Part shown: piece by piece, positions 28,550-37,460 of the stretch
Layout of the letters: every line of letters starts with the position of its first letter
How positions within the stretch are numbered: position 1 is the stretch's first letter
Source of the DNA: a virus
DNA: 64,000 nt
Strand: one strand, 5' to 3'
IMG/VR virus record: IMGVR_UViG_3300005529_000024
Span: 1 to 64,000 of that record
The notes under the pieces: generated by a model
The model's database searches: none
The model's input: the letters and a program-made list of their open reading frames with translations, nothing else
Told to the model about the DNA's origin: nothing
Translations under genes and position numbers: made by a program

Positions 28550-29316
28550 TGGAAGAGAAACAGGGTTTGGTCTTAGTAAAGGGCGGTAAGCTTCTACACA
28601 CTGAATGGGTTTATGATCGTGAGAAGAAGAAAGGATCTTATGTTACCTCAGAGGTAACAAATACTGCTCCTGCTCTTTTATTCGAGTATTGCGATTTAGC
28701 CGAAGATGTTACGCTCAAAGATATCTTTCTTCTTTTAAATACGCATCTGGATATTTTTGATTCTATACTTGGAAATTTCTGCAAAGCGATTGTCACCGAA
28801 GCATTGACTGGTCCTGAGCCTGTTAAAGATACAATCGAGATTGAATACCTTGAGCTTTACAAAGTTTATCACGTAAACTTTGAAGATAAAGAGACATATG
28901 GTGGTGCTCATCCATATTTTGGCGGTATCGGATTTGAAGAGAAAGAAGACCGTTATGATAGCGGTGGAAATCTCATGCAGCTTAAGGGACAACGTATTAA
29001 TTGGGGCGTATCATTTAGTAAGCCAAGTTATCTAGCACAGTATCCTGTCAAGCTTAATAGGCAACTAAAATTTTATGACGATACTAGCGGTAGCCCTACT
29101 GCATTCCAAGAGATAGCCTGTTATGATGGTATATCATATACTCTTGGTGATATTCTTTATGGAATCCTTTGGGAATTATCTTTTTATGGAAATCCAGCAG
29201 AGACACAAGAAATGAAAGCGGAAATTGATCGTCGCGTTGAGGAAATCAAAAGTGGCGAGGCTGAATTGATTCCTTTAAATCTTGATGAATCTGATGACAA
29301 CGAAAATGGGTGTTAA
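28546..29316 (+). CDS. hypothetical protein
   Basis: 256-aa ORF; TLGDILYGILWELSFYG. Confidence 0.7.
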   Translation: MMEEKQGLVLVKGGKLLHTEWVYDREKKKGSYVTSEVTNTAPALLFEYCDLAEDVTLKDIFLLLNTHLDIFDSILGNFCKAIVTEALTGPEPVKDTIEIEYLELYKVYHVNFEDKETYGGAHPYFGGIGFEEKEDRYDSGGNLMQLKGQRINWGVSFSKPSYLAQYPVKLNRQLKFYDDTSGSPTAFQEIACYDGISYTLGDILYGILWELSFYGNPAETQEMKAEIDRRVEEIKSGEAELIPLNLDESDDNENGC

Positions 29317-29461
29317 GAAATAAACTGGGTAAGGTATATAAAACCAAACGACACTCTTGCAAACTTTGTAAGCCACACAAAATGGGTTTAGCGCCAAAGA
29401 AGACTGCTAAAGAGCGTCAAGAAGAAAAGTTAGCACAAAAAGAAATTGATTCGAGTTTAAA

Positions 29462-29689
29462 ATGAGTATAAAAAAGTTTGTTGATAACATGTTTGAAGGA
29501 TGGCAGTCTGTTGAACCAATAGACTCCGATAAGTTTCCTGATCGTGAGAGCCAAGGTCTTGAAGGTCCGTTTCGTTTAAGGTCTGGTCTCATTGTTTATT
29601 ATGATCGTAAGGAAGGTAAATATTACAATCCAAAAACTGATATGTATCTTTCTCATGATGAATACTCTCAGCATCATCTTTTAAGATAA
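29462..29689 (+). CDS. leader-bearing putative internal head protein
   Basis: MSIKKFVDNMFE; GLEGPF...YYDRKEGKYYNPKTDMY conserved phage motif. Confidence 0.7.
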   Translation: MSIKKFVDNMFEGWQSVEPIDSDKFPDRESQGLEGPFRLRSGLIVYYDRKEGKYYNPKTDMYLSHDEYSQHHLLR

Positions 29690-29696
29690 ATAAAAA

Positions 29697-29990
29697 TTGA
29701 ATCCCTCCAAAGAAATTCCAGACAGATCCAGTCGTGTAGTTCACTGTAAAAAACATAAATACGATGTTTATATCGGAAGACCATCAAAGTGGGGAAACCC
29801 CTTTACTATTGGTCGTGATGGCACACGAGATGAGGTAATCGCTCAGTATCGTAAATGGATACTTTTGCAACCTCATCTTATCGCTTCTCTTTCAGAATTA
29901 GTCGGTAAGGTACTTGGTTGTTGGTGCGCTCCAAATGCCTGTCATGGACATGTGCTTATTGATTTACTTAAGGAATTTGGTTTGGAATAA
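29697..29990 (+). CDS. DUF4326 family protein
   Basis: VYIGRPSKWGNPF...GKVLGCWCAPNACHGHVL. Confidence 0.85.
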   Translation: MNPSKEIPDRSSRVVHCKKHKYDVYIGRPSKWGNPFTIGRDGTRDEVIAQYRKWILLQPHLIASLSELVGKVLGCWCAPNACHGHVLIDLLKEFGLE

Positions 29991-29994
29991 TGTG

Positions 29995-30023
29995 TTGACG
30001 GGATTATCAAACCCTGGTATAAT
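29995..30023 (+). promoter_or_regulatory. sigma70-type promoter
   Basis: TTGACG-N17-TATAAT. Confidence 0.8.
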
Positions 30024-30050
30024 TAAGTTAAAATCCTACGGCGAGAATAA

Positions 30051-30245
30051 ATGATCCCAGAAGAGTTGATTAAAGAAATCGATATCGAATATGAAAAGCT
30101 GGCTATTAAAGAACATGAAGCTTATCTTCGAAGTATTCGGATTAATGCTTATATCGCTGGCTTGTGTGGGCGTTGCGGGGAGTATGATTCCTTGGGACAT
30201 CAATGCCAATGGCCCCCGAAACTTTTAAAGGTGTCGATAGGCTAA
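30051..30245 (+). CDS. hypothetical protein
   Basis: First ORF after promoter. Confidence 0.5.
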   Translation: MIPEELIKEIDIEYEKLAIKEHEAYLRSIRINAYIAGLCGRCGEYDSLGHQCQWPPKLLKVSIG

Positions 30246-30251
30246 ATTAAA

Positions 30252-30320
30252 CTCAGGTGGTGCCTGGAGGTGTTAGCCTTTTGCTAACTATCGCTAATAC
30301 AGGTGCAATACCTGAGTCCA
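30252..30320 (+). ncRNA. small tRNA-like RNA (7-bp acceptor-like stem + discriminator + CCA)
   Basis: CTCAGGT/ACCTGAG-T-CCA; inner GTGCCTG/CAGGTGC and GTTAGC/GCTAAC stems. Confidence 0.45.
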
Positions 30321-30331
30321 TTTAATATGGT

Positions 30332-30589
30332 GTGATGAGTATGAAAAGATCCGGAACTATTAAGATTGTTTACGAAACTCTGAAGCGTTTCTATAAAGCT
30401 GGTGTAATAAAATCTTATTATGATTCCGAGAGCGATGTCTTGTACGTTTCTTGTCTCAAGGATGCTCCATCATCTTATTGCGAAGAGGTAGATGATTTTC
30501 TGCTTATCGAACGTTCAATAGAAAGTAAACAGATAACAGGTTACAGAATTCTTAACTTCTCAAAGTTTAAAGAGATGGGAGAAATATAA
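30332..30589 (+). CDS. DUF2283-like protein
   Basis: YYDSESDVLYV...ITGYRILNFS. Confidence 0.6.
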   Translation: MMSMKRSGTIKIVYETLKRFYKAGVIKSYYDSESDVLYVSCLKDAPSSYCEEVDDFLLIERSIESKQITGYRILNFSKFKEMGEI

Positions 30590-30849
30590 TGGATAAGGCA
30601 TCAGAGCTTGGTGAATTATCTAAGGCTATCGAAACAATGAGCCATACTGTTGGAACGCTTAAAGCTGCAATTGCTAGTGCGACAATGGCTAGAAGTTATC
30701 TTCCTCTTGAAGGTAAAACAAAAGAGATGAATGATATTTTAGAAAAGTTTAAACATGTGCGCCAAACCTTGAAGGCTTTGAAAGATGATCTAGAGAATCT
30801 CACTGTAGATGTTCAGGATGAATATTATACGATAATGGGAGAAAAATAA
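30589..30849 (+). CDS. coiled-coil hypothetical protein
   Basis: Flanked by 20-bp junction repeats. Confidence 0.6.
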   Translation: MDKASELGELSKAIETMSHTVGTLKAAIASATMARSYLPLEGKTKEMNDILEKFKHVRQTLKALKDDLENLTVDVQDEYYTIMGEK

Positions 30850-31280
30850 TGGATTCCAATAATCTGATGTTTAATGATCTTCCTGAATCAGTCAAGAAAC
30901 TTACAAAAGATATTGGTATTCTAGAATCTGACATAGTAAAGATATCTCATAATTCTGATGCTGGCGCTTGGTTTGTTTATACATTAAACGTCTATCTTGT
31001 TTTTTCCAGGTTGAAAAAACTCATTGAGTCTCCAGCATTTGAAGGTACAATTTTCGCTGTGGATAATAAACTCGTAATTGGGTTTTATCCTGAAGACGAA
31101 GAATCAGATGCTGATGATAAGTTTATACGTCTTGCTACAAAACATGGAGCTAAGTTTTACAGAAGAGATACACTGGAATGGATTGTCTTAGATCAAAAAG
31201 ATAATGCCATGTGGAATGAAGTTTATGCTTCAAAGAAGGATGCAGCTAAACGATATTGTGAGGTTCATAAACTAATATGA
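30849..31280 (+). CDS. hypothetical protein
   Basis: ORF track. Confidence 0.6.
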   Translation: MDSNNLMFNDLPESVKKLTKDIGILESDIVKISHNSDAGAWFVYTLNVYLVFSRLKKLIESPAFEGTIFAVDNKLVIGFYPEDEESDADDKFIRLATKHGAKFYRRDTLEWIVLDQKDNAMWNEVYASKKDAAKRYCEVHKLI

Positions 31281-31579
31281 GTCATAAGAGCAGAGTAGAC
31301 GAACTTGTAACTAGAGCATTATTTGAAGCGATAACTGATAGTGAAACTGATAGCAAAGATGAAGTAGTAACATATCGGTATATAAATTTCACGAAGTCTG
31401 GTGATACTGGCAAGACAATGATCTGGAGTTGTAAGAACAATAAGAGTGGTGCTGAGTTGGGAGTCGTAAAGTGGTTTCCCTCTTGGCGTCAATATTGTTT
31501 CTTTCCTACAACACAGATAGTTTTGAGTTCTGGTTGTTTACAAGATATACGAGATTTTATTGATCAAAAATTACACTAG
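31277..31579 (+). CDS. hypothetical protein
   Basis: LGVVKWFPSWRQYCFFP...CLQDI conserved phage motif; leader-like N-term ending LFE. Confidence 0.65.
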   Translation: MSHKSRVDELVTRALFEAITDSETDSKDEVVTYRYINFTKSGDTGKTMIWSCKNNKSGAELGVVKWFPSWRQYCFFPTTQIVLSSGCLQDIRDFIDQKLH

Positions 31580-31651
31580 CTCGCCTACCATGTGTAGAAG
31601 GAGTAACGGGGTCGCTCATTCGGGCGTCTCCAGCCAATTTTGGAGAATGAT

Positions 31652-31846
31652 ATGGGTCTAAAAGATACTGTTGATGAGATGTTAAGCGGAGAAGATAGTT
31701 TCGAGAGAGACTTTCGAGATGCAGAGACTCGTATCCATGATGCCGTAAGGGTTTTGTTAGAGAAAGAATCAAAGAAGCTTGCCAGAAAGTATAAAGATTA
31801 CACTGATGCTGAATTGTATAATAAGCTGCGTAAATCGTTAGGATAA
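31652..31846 (+). CDS. leader-bearing putative internal head protein
   Basis: MGLKDTVDEMLSGE; GGAG RBS at 31642. Confidence 0.6.
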   Translation: MGLKDTVDEMLSGEDSFERDFRDAETRIHDAVRVLLEKESKKLARKYKDYTDAELYNKLRKSLG

Positions 31847-31876
31847 TTCTAGACACTCATACAATAGGAGATTTAT

Positions 31877-32467
31877 ATGAGTTTGAAGGATACTGTAGAA
31901 AAGATGTTCGAGGATGATGAACATAAAGAACTTGTTGCAGCTTATGATGAATCTGATATCACTGATAGCCATATCGCATATCTTCTTGAAGAGCCTTTAG
32001 ATCATGAAGAATTTTTTGACGACGATGAAGAGCTAATGGATATTCGTTCTCTTAGTAATAGTAATGAAGACTTTATCAGAAAGGTTAAAGAAGCAGACTT
32101 ATTTGATAAGCTCGAACGTTTAGCACGAGAACATGCATGGGCTGATCCAGATCTATACAGCATAGCTTGGGATGATGAGAAAGAAAATATAACCGCTACT
32201 ATCAATGAAATGAATCCTGATGGTCACTGGTACGCTCATTCTGAAGCTCTTACTTGGCGGCGTGTTCCTGGTTGGAAGAGATTCGATGCCTCTGATGGGC
32301 AAGAATTTCTTATGAATGTTCTTCCTAATACATCTAGTCTTACTTATAAGCTTTATAAGACAGGACCCAAAGAATTACAACTTATGGTATGGCATCATGA
32401 TGCCCCTACTGGAGAATCGATGGTTATTGAAGTTGATCATGGGGATAATGAACCAGAACAGGATTAA
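31877..32467 (+). CDS. leader-bearing acidic putative internal head protein
   Basis: MSLKDTVEKMFE. Confidence 0.7.
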   Translation: MSLKDTVEKMFEDDEHKELVAAYDESDITDSHIAYLLEEPLDHEEFFDDDEELMDIRSLSNSNEDFIRKVKEADLFDKLERLAREHAWADPDLYSIAWDDEKENITATINEMNPDGHWYAHSEALTWRRVPGWKRFDASDGQEFLMNVLPNTSSLTYKLYKTGPKELQLMVWHHDAPTGESMVIEVDHGDNEPEQD

Positions 32468-32469
32468 AA

Positions 32470-32724
32470 ATGGATGCAAAGAAAGTTGTTGATAATCTTC
32501 TGAATGAAGATGAAAGTGATATGACTTATCACGAAGATTATGAAGAGACTGTCGAACGATTAGTACGTGGCATCCAAAAAGCTATCGTAGCTGAAGCAAC
32601 ACGATTACATAACTCCTATAATCTTCGTGATTCTCTTACTAAAGAAGATATAATGTTCAATCTTCTAGATCATGTTTTAAATCTTGATAGCCGAGAATGG
32701 AATACTAATTGGAGAGAGAAATAA
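32470..32724 (+). CDS. leader-bearing putative internal head protein
   Basis: MDAKKVVDNLLNE. Confidence 0.65.
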   Translation: MDAKKVVDNLLNEDESDMTYHEDYEETVERLVRGIQKAIVAEATRLHNSYNLRDSLTKEDIMFNLLDHVLNLDSREWNTNWREK

Positions 32725-33020
32725 TGGATACAAAGAAGATTGTCGATCAGCTATTAGAAGCTGAGATCGGAATCGCTCCTGGTCTTGAATTCTCTAAGCC
32801 TGAAGATTCCAAGATGCGTCGGTTTGTTCTTGTTCGTGATGAGGATGTCCATAATAAGAGTGGTGAGGGTATCGTCGCTGAAGGTGTTGAGTTCTCAGAT
32901 GGTACTGTCGCTATGCGTTGGCTGACTAAGACAGCGAGCACTACAATTTTTAAAAACGTGGCTGAGCTTGAAAAAATTCATGGTCATGAAGGAAAAAGTA
33001 ACGTAAGGTGGATTGATTAA
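32724..33020 (+). CDS. leader-bearing protein with conserved phage domain
   Basis: MDTKKIVDQLLE; RDEDV..SGEGIVAEGVEFSDG...IHGHEG. Confidence 0.7.
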   Translation: MDTKKIVDQLLEAEIGIAPGLEFSKPEDSKMRRFVLVRDEDVHNKSGEGIVAEGVEFSDGTVAMRWLTKTASTTIFKNVAELEKIHGHEGKSNVRWID

Positions 33021-33308
33021 ATGAGAATCAAAGAGACGATAAATAGTTTATTTGAAGCGGACTTTTATGATGTGCATTCCAAGGTTATGCACATCCTTGA
33101 TATGTACGGTCTGACAAGAGAGAGCTTCATGTCGAAGACTAAGAATGCAGACAAGCATATCAATGAGCTTGTTAAGGTCTTAACAGAAGCATCTTCTGAT
33201 GAAGATAAAGATTCAGCTATTCGTACTTTTTGTTCTGTACTTCGTGATTCAGGTTATCATAACACTATCGTTGATAAAATAGAGTCTGATTTAATTGATG
33301 AGTTCTAA
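33021..33308 (+). CDS. leader-bearing putative internal head protein
   Basis: MRIKETINSLFE. Confidence 0.65.
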   Translation: MRIKETINSLFEADFYDVHSKVMHILDMYGLTRESFMSKTKNADKHINELVKVLTEASSDEDKDSAIRTFCSVLRDSGYHNTIVDKIESDLIDEF

Positions 33309-33310
33309 AA

Positions 33311-33640
33311 ATGAAACTGATAGACCTTGAGCCTAGATTATTTCGTTTAGCGGATATAAATGGAGACTCTGCGTCTTTAGAAAGGGTAGACAGTTTAGCT
33401 GAAGCTCAAGGCATTAGATTTGTTTGTCCAAAATGCTTCGTTAGTAATAATGGTCCTATAGGCACTCATTATATCATATGTCTTTTTAGAGATAAAGGCA
33501 TCCCAAATAATATAATGCAAACCATAGCTAGATGGTTTGTATCCGGTAAAGATTTTTCTGATCTAACTCTAACACCATCCATACTTCTTCCTGATAATTG
33601 CATGTGGCATGGTTTTATAACTAATGGTATGATTTTATGA
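33311..33640 (+). CDS. DUF6527-like metal-binding protein
   Basis: FVCPKC...LTLTPSI...CMWHGFITNG. Confidence 0.6.
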   Translation: MKLIDLEPRLFRLADINGDSASLERVDSLAEAQGIRFVCPKCFVSNNGPIGTHYIICLFRDKGIPNNIMQTIARWFVSGKDFSDLTLTPSILLPDNCMWHGFITNGMIL

Positions 33641-34572
33641 GCAATATACTATACGTGGACCAAGAGGAGCGCGTATCAAAGATAACTCCTGGAAGTGAAG
33701 AGGCTTCACCTCCTGCGCTTATCTCTCCAGAGGGTGATACTATATTTATCGATTATCATGTAATGCATGATGAAGCATTGTACGCACTTGGATTTAGATA
33801 CGGTATCGATGAGGCAATCAAGAAACATAAATGGGTTCGTGTTGTATCGTTTGATGAATTTCAACTCCCTGAATTAACTGTAAAGTATCTTGGTCTAGTC
33901 GATGACTTCATCAGCACCTATGGCTACATGAATTCTGATAAGCTCATAATCGATTTCTACGCTGGTGTTAAACTATATACTATTGAGATCTCTAAAGATG
34001 ATTATGACGATAGAGGATTGATTGGTGCTGTTAGAAATGAACTACGTCACCATGAACAGAATGCGCTTCTTGCTAGATGCCCCAAACCTATAATCACTTC
34101 TATCATGAAGTCAATGGGTATGGAGAGTGGGAAAGCTGTTAAAGAAGCTGTAGAGAAATTGTTTGAGCGAGAGAAAATTCTTCCTACGCATTTCTCTATC
34201 CTTTCTGCTCAGAAGGGTCTTTTACATGATGAGGAAGCACATAAGTCTTTGTTGCGTACTCTAACTAATTCTGGCTTTAAAAATATTATTCCTGTCGATG
34301 GGCATTATGGGAATCCGGAGAAATCAGTTATAGTTGTTCATACAGGTTCTGCTGCAAATAAAAAGAAGCTTGAGAATATCGCTCTTAATATTTTCGATCA
34401 AGAATCTATTATACATTCTGATGATTTAAAAAATGTTCTTGTGTATAATGATGGACAGAAACTTTCAGGTGCTGGTATAGAGATAGACGATACATTTAGC
34501 GATTTCTATACCGTCTTACCAAATGGTATTAAATTTAGATTAGGTATTAATCATTTTTCACATGTCGGATAA
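33637..34572 (+). CDS. two-domain protein; C-terminal T3-type S-adenosylmethionine lyase-like domain after an internal leader
   Basis: ILSAQK, AHKSLLRTL, DGHY, PEKSVIV, FDQESII, LVYNDG align in order with T3 SAMase motifs. Confidence 0.6.
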   Translation: MSNILYVDQEERVSKITPGSEEASPPALISPEGDTIFIDYHVMHDEALYALGFRYGIDEAIKKHKWVRVVSFDEFQLPELTVKYLGLVDDFISTYGYMNSDKLIIDFYAGVKLYTIEISKDDYDDRGLIGAVRNELRHHEQNALLARCPKPIITSIMKSMGMESGKAVKEAVEKLFEREKILPTHFSILSAQKGLLHDEEAHKSLLRTLTNSGFKNIIPVDGHYGNPEKSVIVVHTGSAANKKKLENIALNIFDQESIIHSDDLKNVLVYNDGQKLSGAGIEIDDTFSDFYTVLPNGIKFRLGINHFSHVG

Positions 34573-34573
34573 A

Positions 34574-35248
34574 ATGGATATTAAAAGCTATATAGATAAG
34601 TTGTTTGAATCTGGTGATATCTTTTTAGCTGAAAAATTAGTTCTGAAGGATTATAAAGATTTTTCAAAGCTAGTCGCACAAGCTTACTTAGCTAGACCTG
34701 ATTACGAATCTCAGTATGCATCTTCCTGGAAAGCTTTAATCCCGTTCATTGAAAAGATGTTTAATCAGATCTCTTCGAAGGTTGATGTTGAATTTACAGA
34801 TGCTGATCCCTACAAATCCTCGAAAGCATTACGAAGGGATATCGAGCAGAACAGTAGGCTAAAAGTTTGGACTGGCGCATCTAATCATCCGATTTTTACT
34901 GAAGAACAAAACTGGAAGTTCCGAGCGATCCATGATTATATGACACATGCTACTGGTAAGCATCCTTTCTCGCTTAGGGGAGAAATTGGTGCATACAATA
35001 GACATGTAAAGACTATTCCTGTCGAAGGAAGACTTGCATTATTCACAGAGGTAATCGGTCAGGTATCTACATATTTCGAGACTTCATCGCATCCACCACA
35101 GAAGATTTGCAAGCTCTGGGGTTTTGATTACGTAAACGTTGGAAACGTGGATGAAGAAGAATATAAGAAGAACTTCCCAGATCAAGAAGATAAACCAGTT
35201 CCTGATGAAGATAAAATAACTACTGATGATCAAGAAGGTAATGTATGA
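34574..35248 (+). CDS. leader-bearing conserved phage protein (FRAIHD motif)
   Basis: MDIKSYIDKLFE; NWKFRAIHDYMTH...GEIGAY...ALFTEVIGQ. Confidence 0.7.
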   Translation: MDIKSYIDKLFESGDIFLAEKLVLKDYKDFSKLVAQAYLARPDYESQYASSWKALIPFIEKMFNQISSKVDVEFTDADPYKSSKALRRDIEQNSRLKVWTGASNHPIFTEEQNWKFRAIHDYMTHATGKHPFSLRGEIGAYNRHVKTIPVEGRLALFTEVIGQVSTYFETSSHPPQKICKLWGFDYVNVGNVDEEEYKKNFPDQEDKPVPDEDKITTDDQEGNV

Positions 35249-35673
35249 GATACGGTTGGCTTAATCCTAAAGGAGAATTTCTTTCTCTTGAAGGAAGTAC
35301 ACATGATAAGTTCATCCAGAAACATGGTTTCAGTGATCCTAGACCTGAACAGGCAGTTCGTGATGCGATTAATGCTGGTTGGGTTCGAATGCATGCTAGC
35401 GATTTAAACAAAGAGCTTAGCTTTCAATTTAATGGATCGGATGAATCTTACAGGCACATAGGATATTTCATCAGCGATCATCCTGAGACTAGTAATTATC
35501 TTATCGCGCTTGATTCTCCAGATGGCTTTGTTAATGAATTGGACCCTGAAGATATTATAAAGTATGGCGCTAAACGTGCAGCTAAGCGTATATTAGTTGG
35601 TGCAGGTTTTGGTGCTAACTATGGCGAAAGCAAGACAGTAAAAAATTACGTTGACAATTTATTTACGGATTAG
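35245..35673 (+). CDS. GWxxPxG-family protein with C-terminal leader-like motif
   Basis: GWLNPKGEF...GWVRM; ends TVKNYVDNLFTD. Confidence 0.65.
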   Translation: MRYGWLNPKGEFLSLEGSTHDKFIQKHGFSDPRPEQAVRDAINAGWVRMHASDLNKELSFQFNGSDESYRHIGYFISDHPETSNYLIALDSPDGFVNELDPEDIIKYGAKRAAKRILVGAGFGANYGESKTVKNYVDNLFTD

Positions 35674-35676
35674 AAA

Positions 35677-36063
35677 ATGGGAATAAAGAAAACTATTGAT
35701 GAGATGTTCGAAGCCAAAAAGAAGATGAAAGCATTGGTTCGGTATGGGACCAATAAGCTCGAACCTGATACCTGGAGAAAAGTTCTCTACCATTCTGAGG
35801 ATGAAGAACTTCTGCATTCTGAAGCTGAGCGATTGAATAAGAAATATCCTGATCTTGATTTCAAGGTTGAAGATGATGAGATCGATGAAGCATCTGATTG
35901 GTTTGTATACGATGTCTTTCTTCATGGTAAAGAGATTGATACTCTCTTCTTCTCTACAGAACAAGACTTAGAAGATCTGAAACGCAGTCTTGTAAATCAT
36001 GATGGATATGATCCGGAAATTGAAGTAAAACTATACAAGGGGAAGAAGAAGCATAGTAAATAA
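35677..36063 (+). CDS. leader-bearing putative internal head protein
   Basis: MGIKKTIDEMFE. Confidence 0.7.
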   Translation: MGIKKTIDEMFEAKKKMKALVRYGTNKLEPDTWRKVLYHSEDEELLHSEAERLNKKYPDLDFKVEDDEIDEASDWFVYDVFLHGKEIDTLFFSTEQDLEDLKRSLVNHDGYDPEIEVKLYKGKKKHSK

Positions 36064-36074
36064 GCGAGGAGGGA

Positions 36075-36266
36075 ATGCAGATGGAACATAAGTTCACAAC
36101 AATTGAAGAATTGATTTTGATGGGGGCCGATACTGAGGAATGGAACCTACCATTAAAACAAACTGTGATCGTTTCTGAAGACGGTAGTGTTGATCTTCCC
36201 AATGGATCTGAAGTTGATGGACCTTGTGAGCTAATCGCAAAACTCTTTCCTCATATGGAGCAATAG
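36075..36266 (+). CDS. hypothetical protein
   Basis: GGAGG RBS. Confidence 0.5.
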   Translation: MQMEHKFTTIEELILMGADTEEWNLPLKQTVIVSEDGSVDLPNGSEVDGPCELIAKLFPHMEQ

Positions 36267-36267
36267 A

Positions 36268-36780
36268 ATGAGTTTACTGAAGAAATATTTCTCAGTACTA
36301 TCTGAAGCTGGAACATTTCTGAATGGCTGGATTAATCCCTCTGGTGATTTTGTTGATGAGCCTGTGTCAGATCCTATTACTGCTGATGATATCAAGACCA
36401 ATCTTCAAAAGTTAAAGTCTGGTTGGATTAAAGTTACGACTCCCTCACAAAAAGTTCTCGGTTTTGAATTCTTTGATACAACAGCAAAGAGTCTTTCAAA
36501 TATAGAAATATTCCTTGTTAAGCATCAAGCTGTTATTGATGCTAGTATGCTTTATCTTCTAGCGGTTGATAGTGATCATGGTTATATTATTTCACTTAAT
36601 GATGCTATCAAGTTAGGTGTCAAGCAAGCCTTGGATAAAGAGAGCAAAGAGGCACATTCAAGTGAAGACTCAATTCCTAAGACTGAATCTACGGTTAATT
36701 CTGATCTTGATTCTCTTTTAGCTGAACTCGCAAGGAATGAAGGAAAAGTTTCTGAAGTAATGAGCAAGATTTTTTCTTAA
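36268..36780 (+). CDS. GWxxPxG-family protein
   Basis: GWINPSGDF...GWIKV; paralog of 35245. Confidence 0.65.
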   Translation: MSLLKKYFSVLSEAGTFLNGWINPSGDFVDEPVSDPITADDIKTNLQKLKSGWIKVTTPSQKVLGFEFFDTTAKSLSNIEIFLVKHQAVIDASMLYLLAVDSDHGYIISLNDAIKLGVKQALDKESKEAHSSEDSIPKTESTVNSDLDSLLAELARNEGKVSEVMSKIFS

Positions 36781-36789
36781 GGATATGAA

Positions 36790-37221
36790 ATGGGAATAAG
36801 AGCTACAAGTTATACCGGATCAATCATTGATGGTTTATATGAGGCTGAAGTACCAGTTCCGAATATCTCACTGAAGATTGAACCAGTCACAGCACAAAAT
36901 TGGGATGAAGATCCATCTACTTGGTCGCCTACTCCTTATGTCTTGATCATCTCCCCAGAAGAGAATTTCTCTCTAGATAAACATGTGCTTAATGGTCCTA
37001 TTCTAAAGTATCTAAACGAGCTTGATTTTAAGACGCATAGAGAACATGGATCTATTACTGGTAGAGGCTTGATACAAGATGAATATGTTGAGGTAAAAAA
37101 TTATCATAAGTCTGAGATTTGGAAATTCGTTTCAGCGAATAAAGATACACTCAATACATTAAAGGAAGAGATCGTTGAGATCTTATCTGATCTTAGATAT
37201 AATCTTCAAGTGGAATCCTAA
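36790..37221 (+). CDS. hypothetical protein with leader-like N-terminus
   Basis: ...SIIDGLYE. Confidence 0.6.
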   Translation: MGIRATSYTGSIIDGLYEAEVPVPNISLKIEPVTAQNWDEDPSTWSPTPYVLIISPEENFSLDKHVLNGPILKYLNELDFKTHREHGSITGRGLIQDEYVEVKNYHKSEIWKFVSANKDTLNTLKEEIVEILSDLRYNLQVES

Positions 37222-37445
37222 TGAGCATTAAAGAAACAGTTGATAGGATGTTCGAGCATCAGTATGGTCTTGTGCAGGGTCCTCTTGATGATGAGGAAAA
37301 TACGTGTCAAAACCCTTGTGATCCTAATTCTGATTGTGAGAAATGCGCTGATTACTGGCAACGTATGAGTGACGAAGGTATGTGGGATAAGCAGAAACAT
37401 CGTTGGACCGATAAAGGTTGGGATGAAATCTTTAGGCACTTATAA
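37221..37445 (+). CDS. leader-bearing Cys/Trp-rich protein
   Basis: MSIKETVDRMFE. Confidence 0.65.
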   Translation: MSIKETVDRMFEHQYGLVQGPLDDEENTCQNPCDPNSDCEKCADYWQRMSDEGMWDKQKHRWTDKGWDEIFRHL

Positions 37446-37460
37446 ATAAAAGGTTAAAAA

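Noticed and set aside
31837-31847. GTTAGGATAAT, reverse half of the CCTAAC motif
   Set aside because: Partner half is absent at the fixed spacing and it is the coding end of an ORF.
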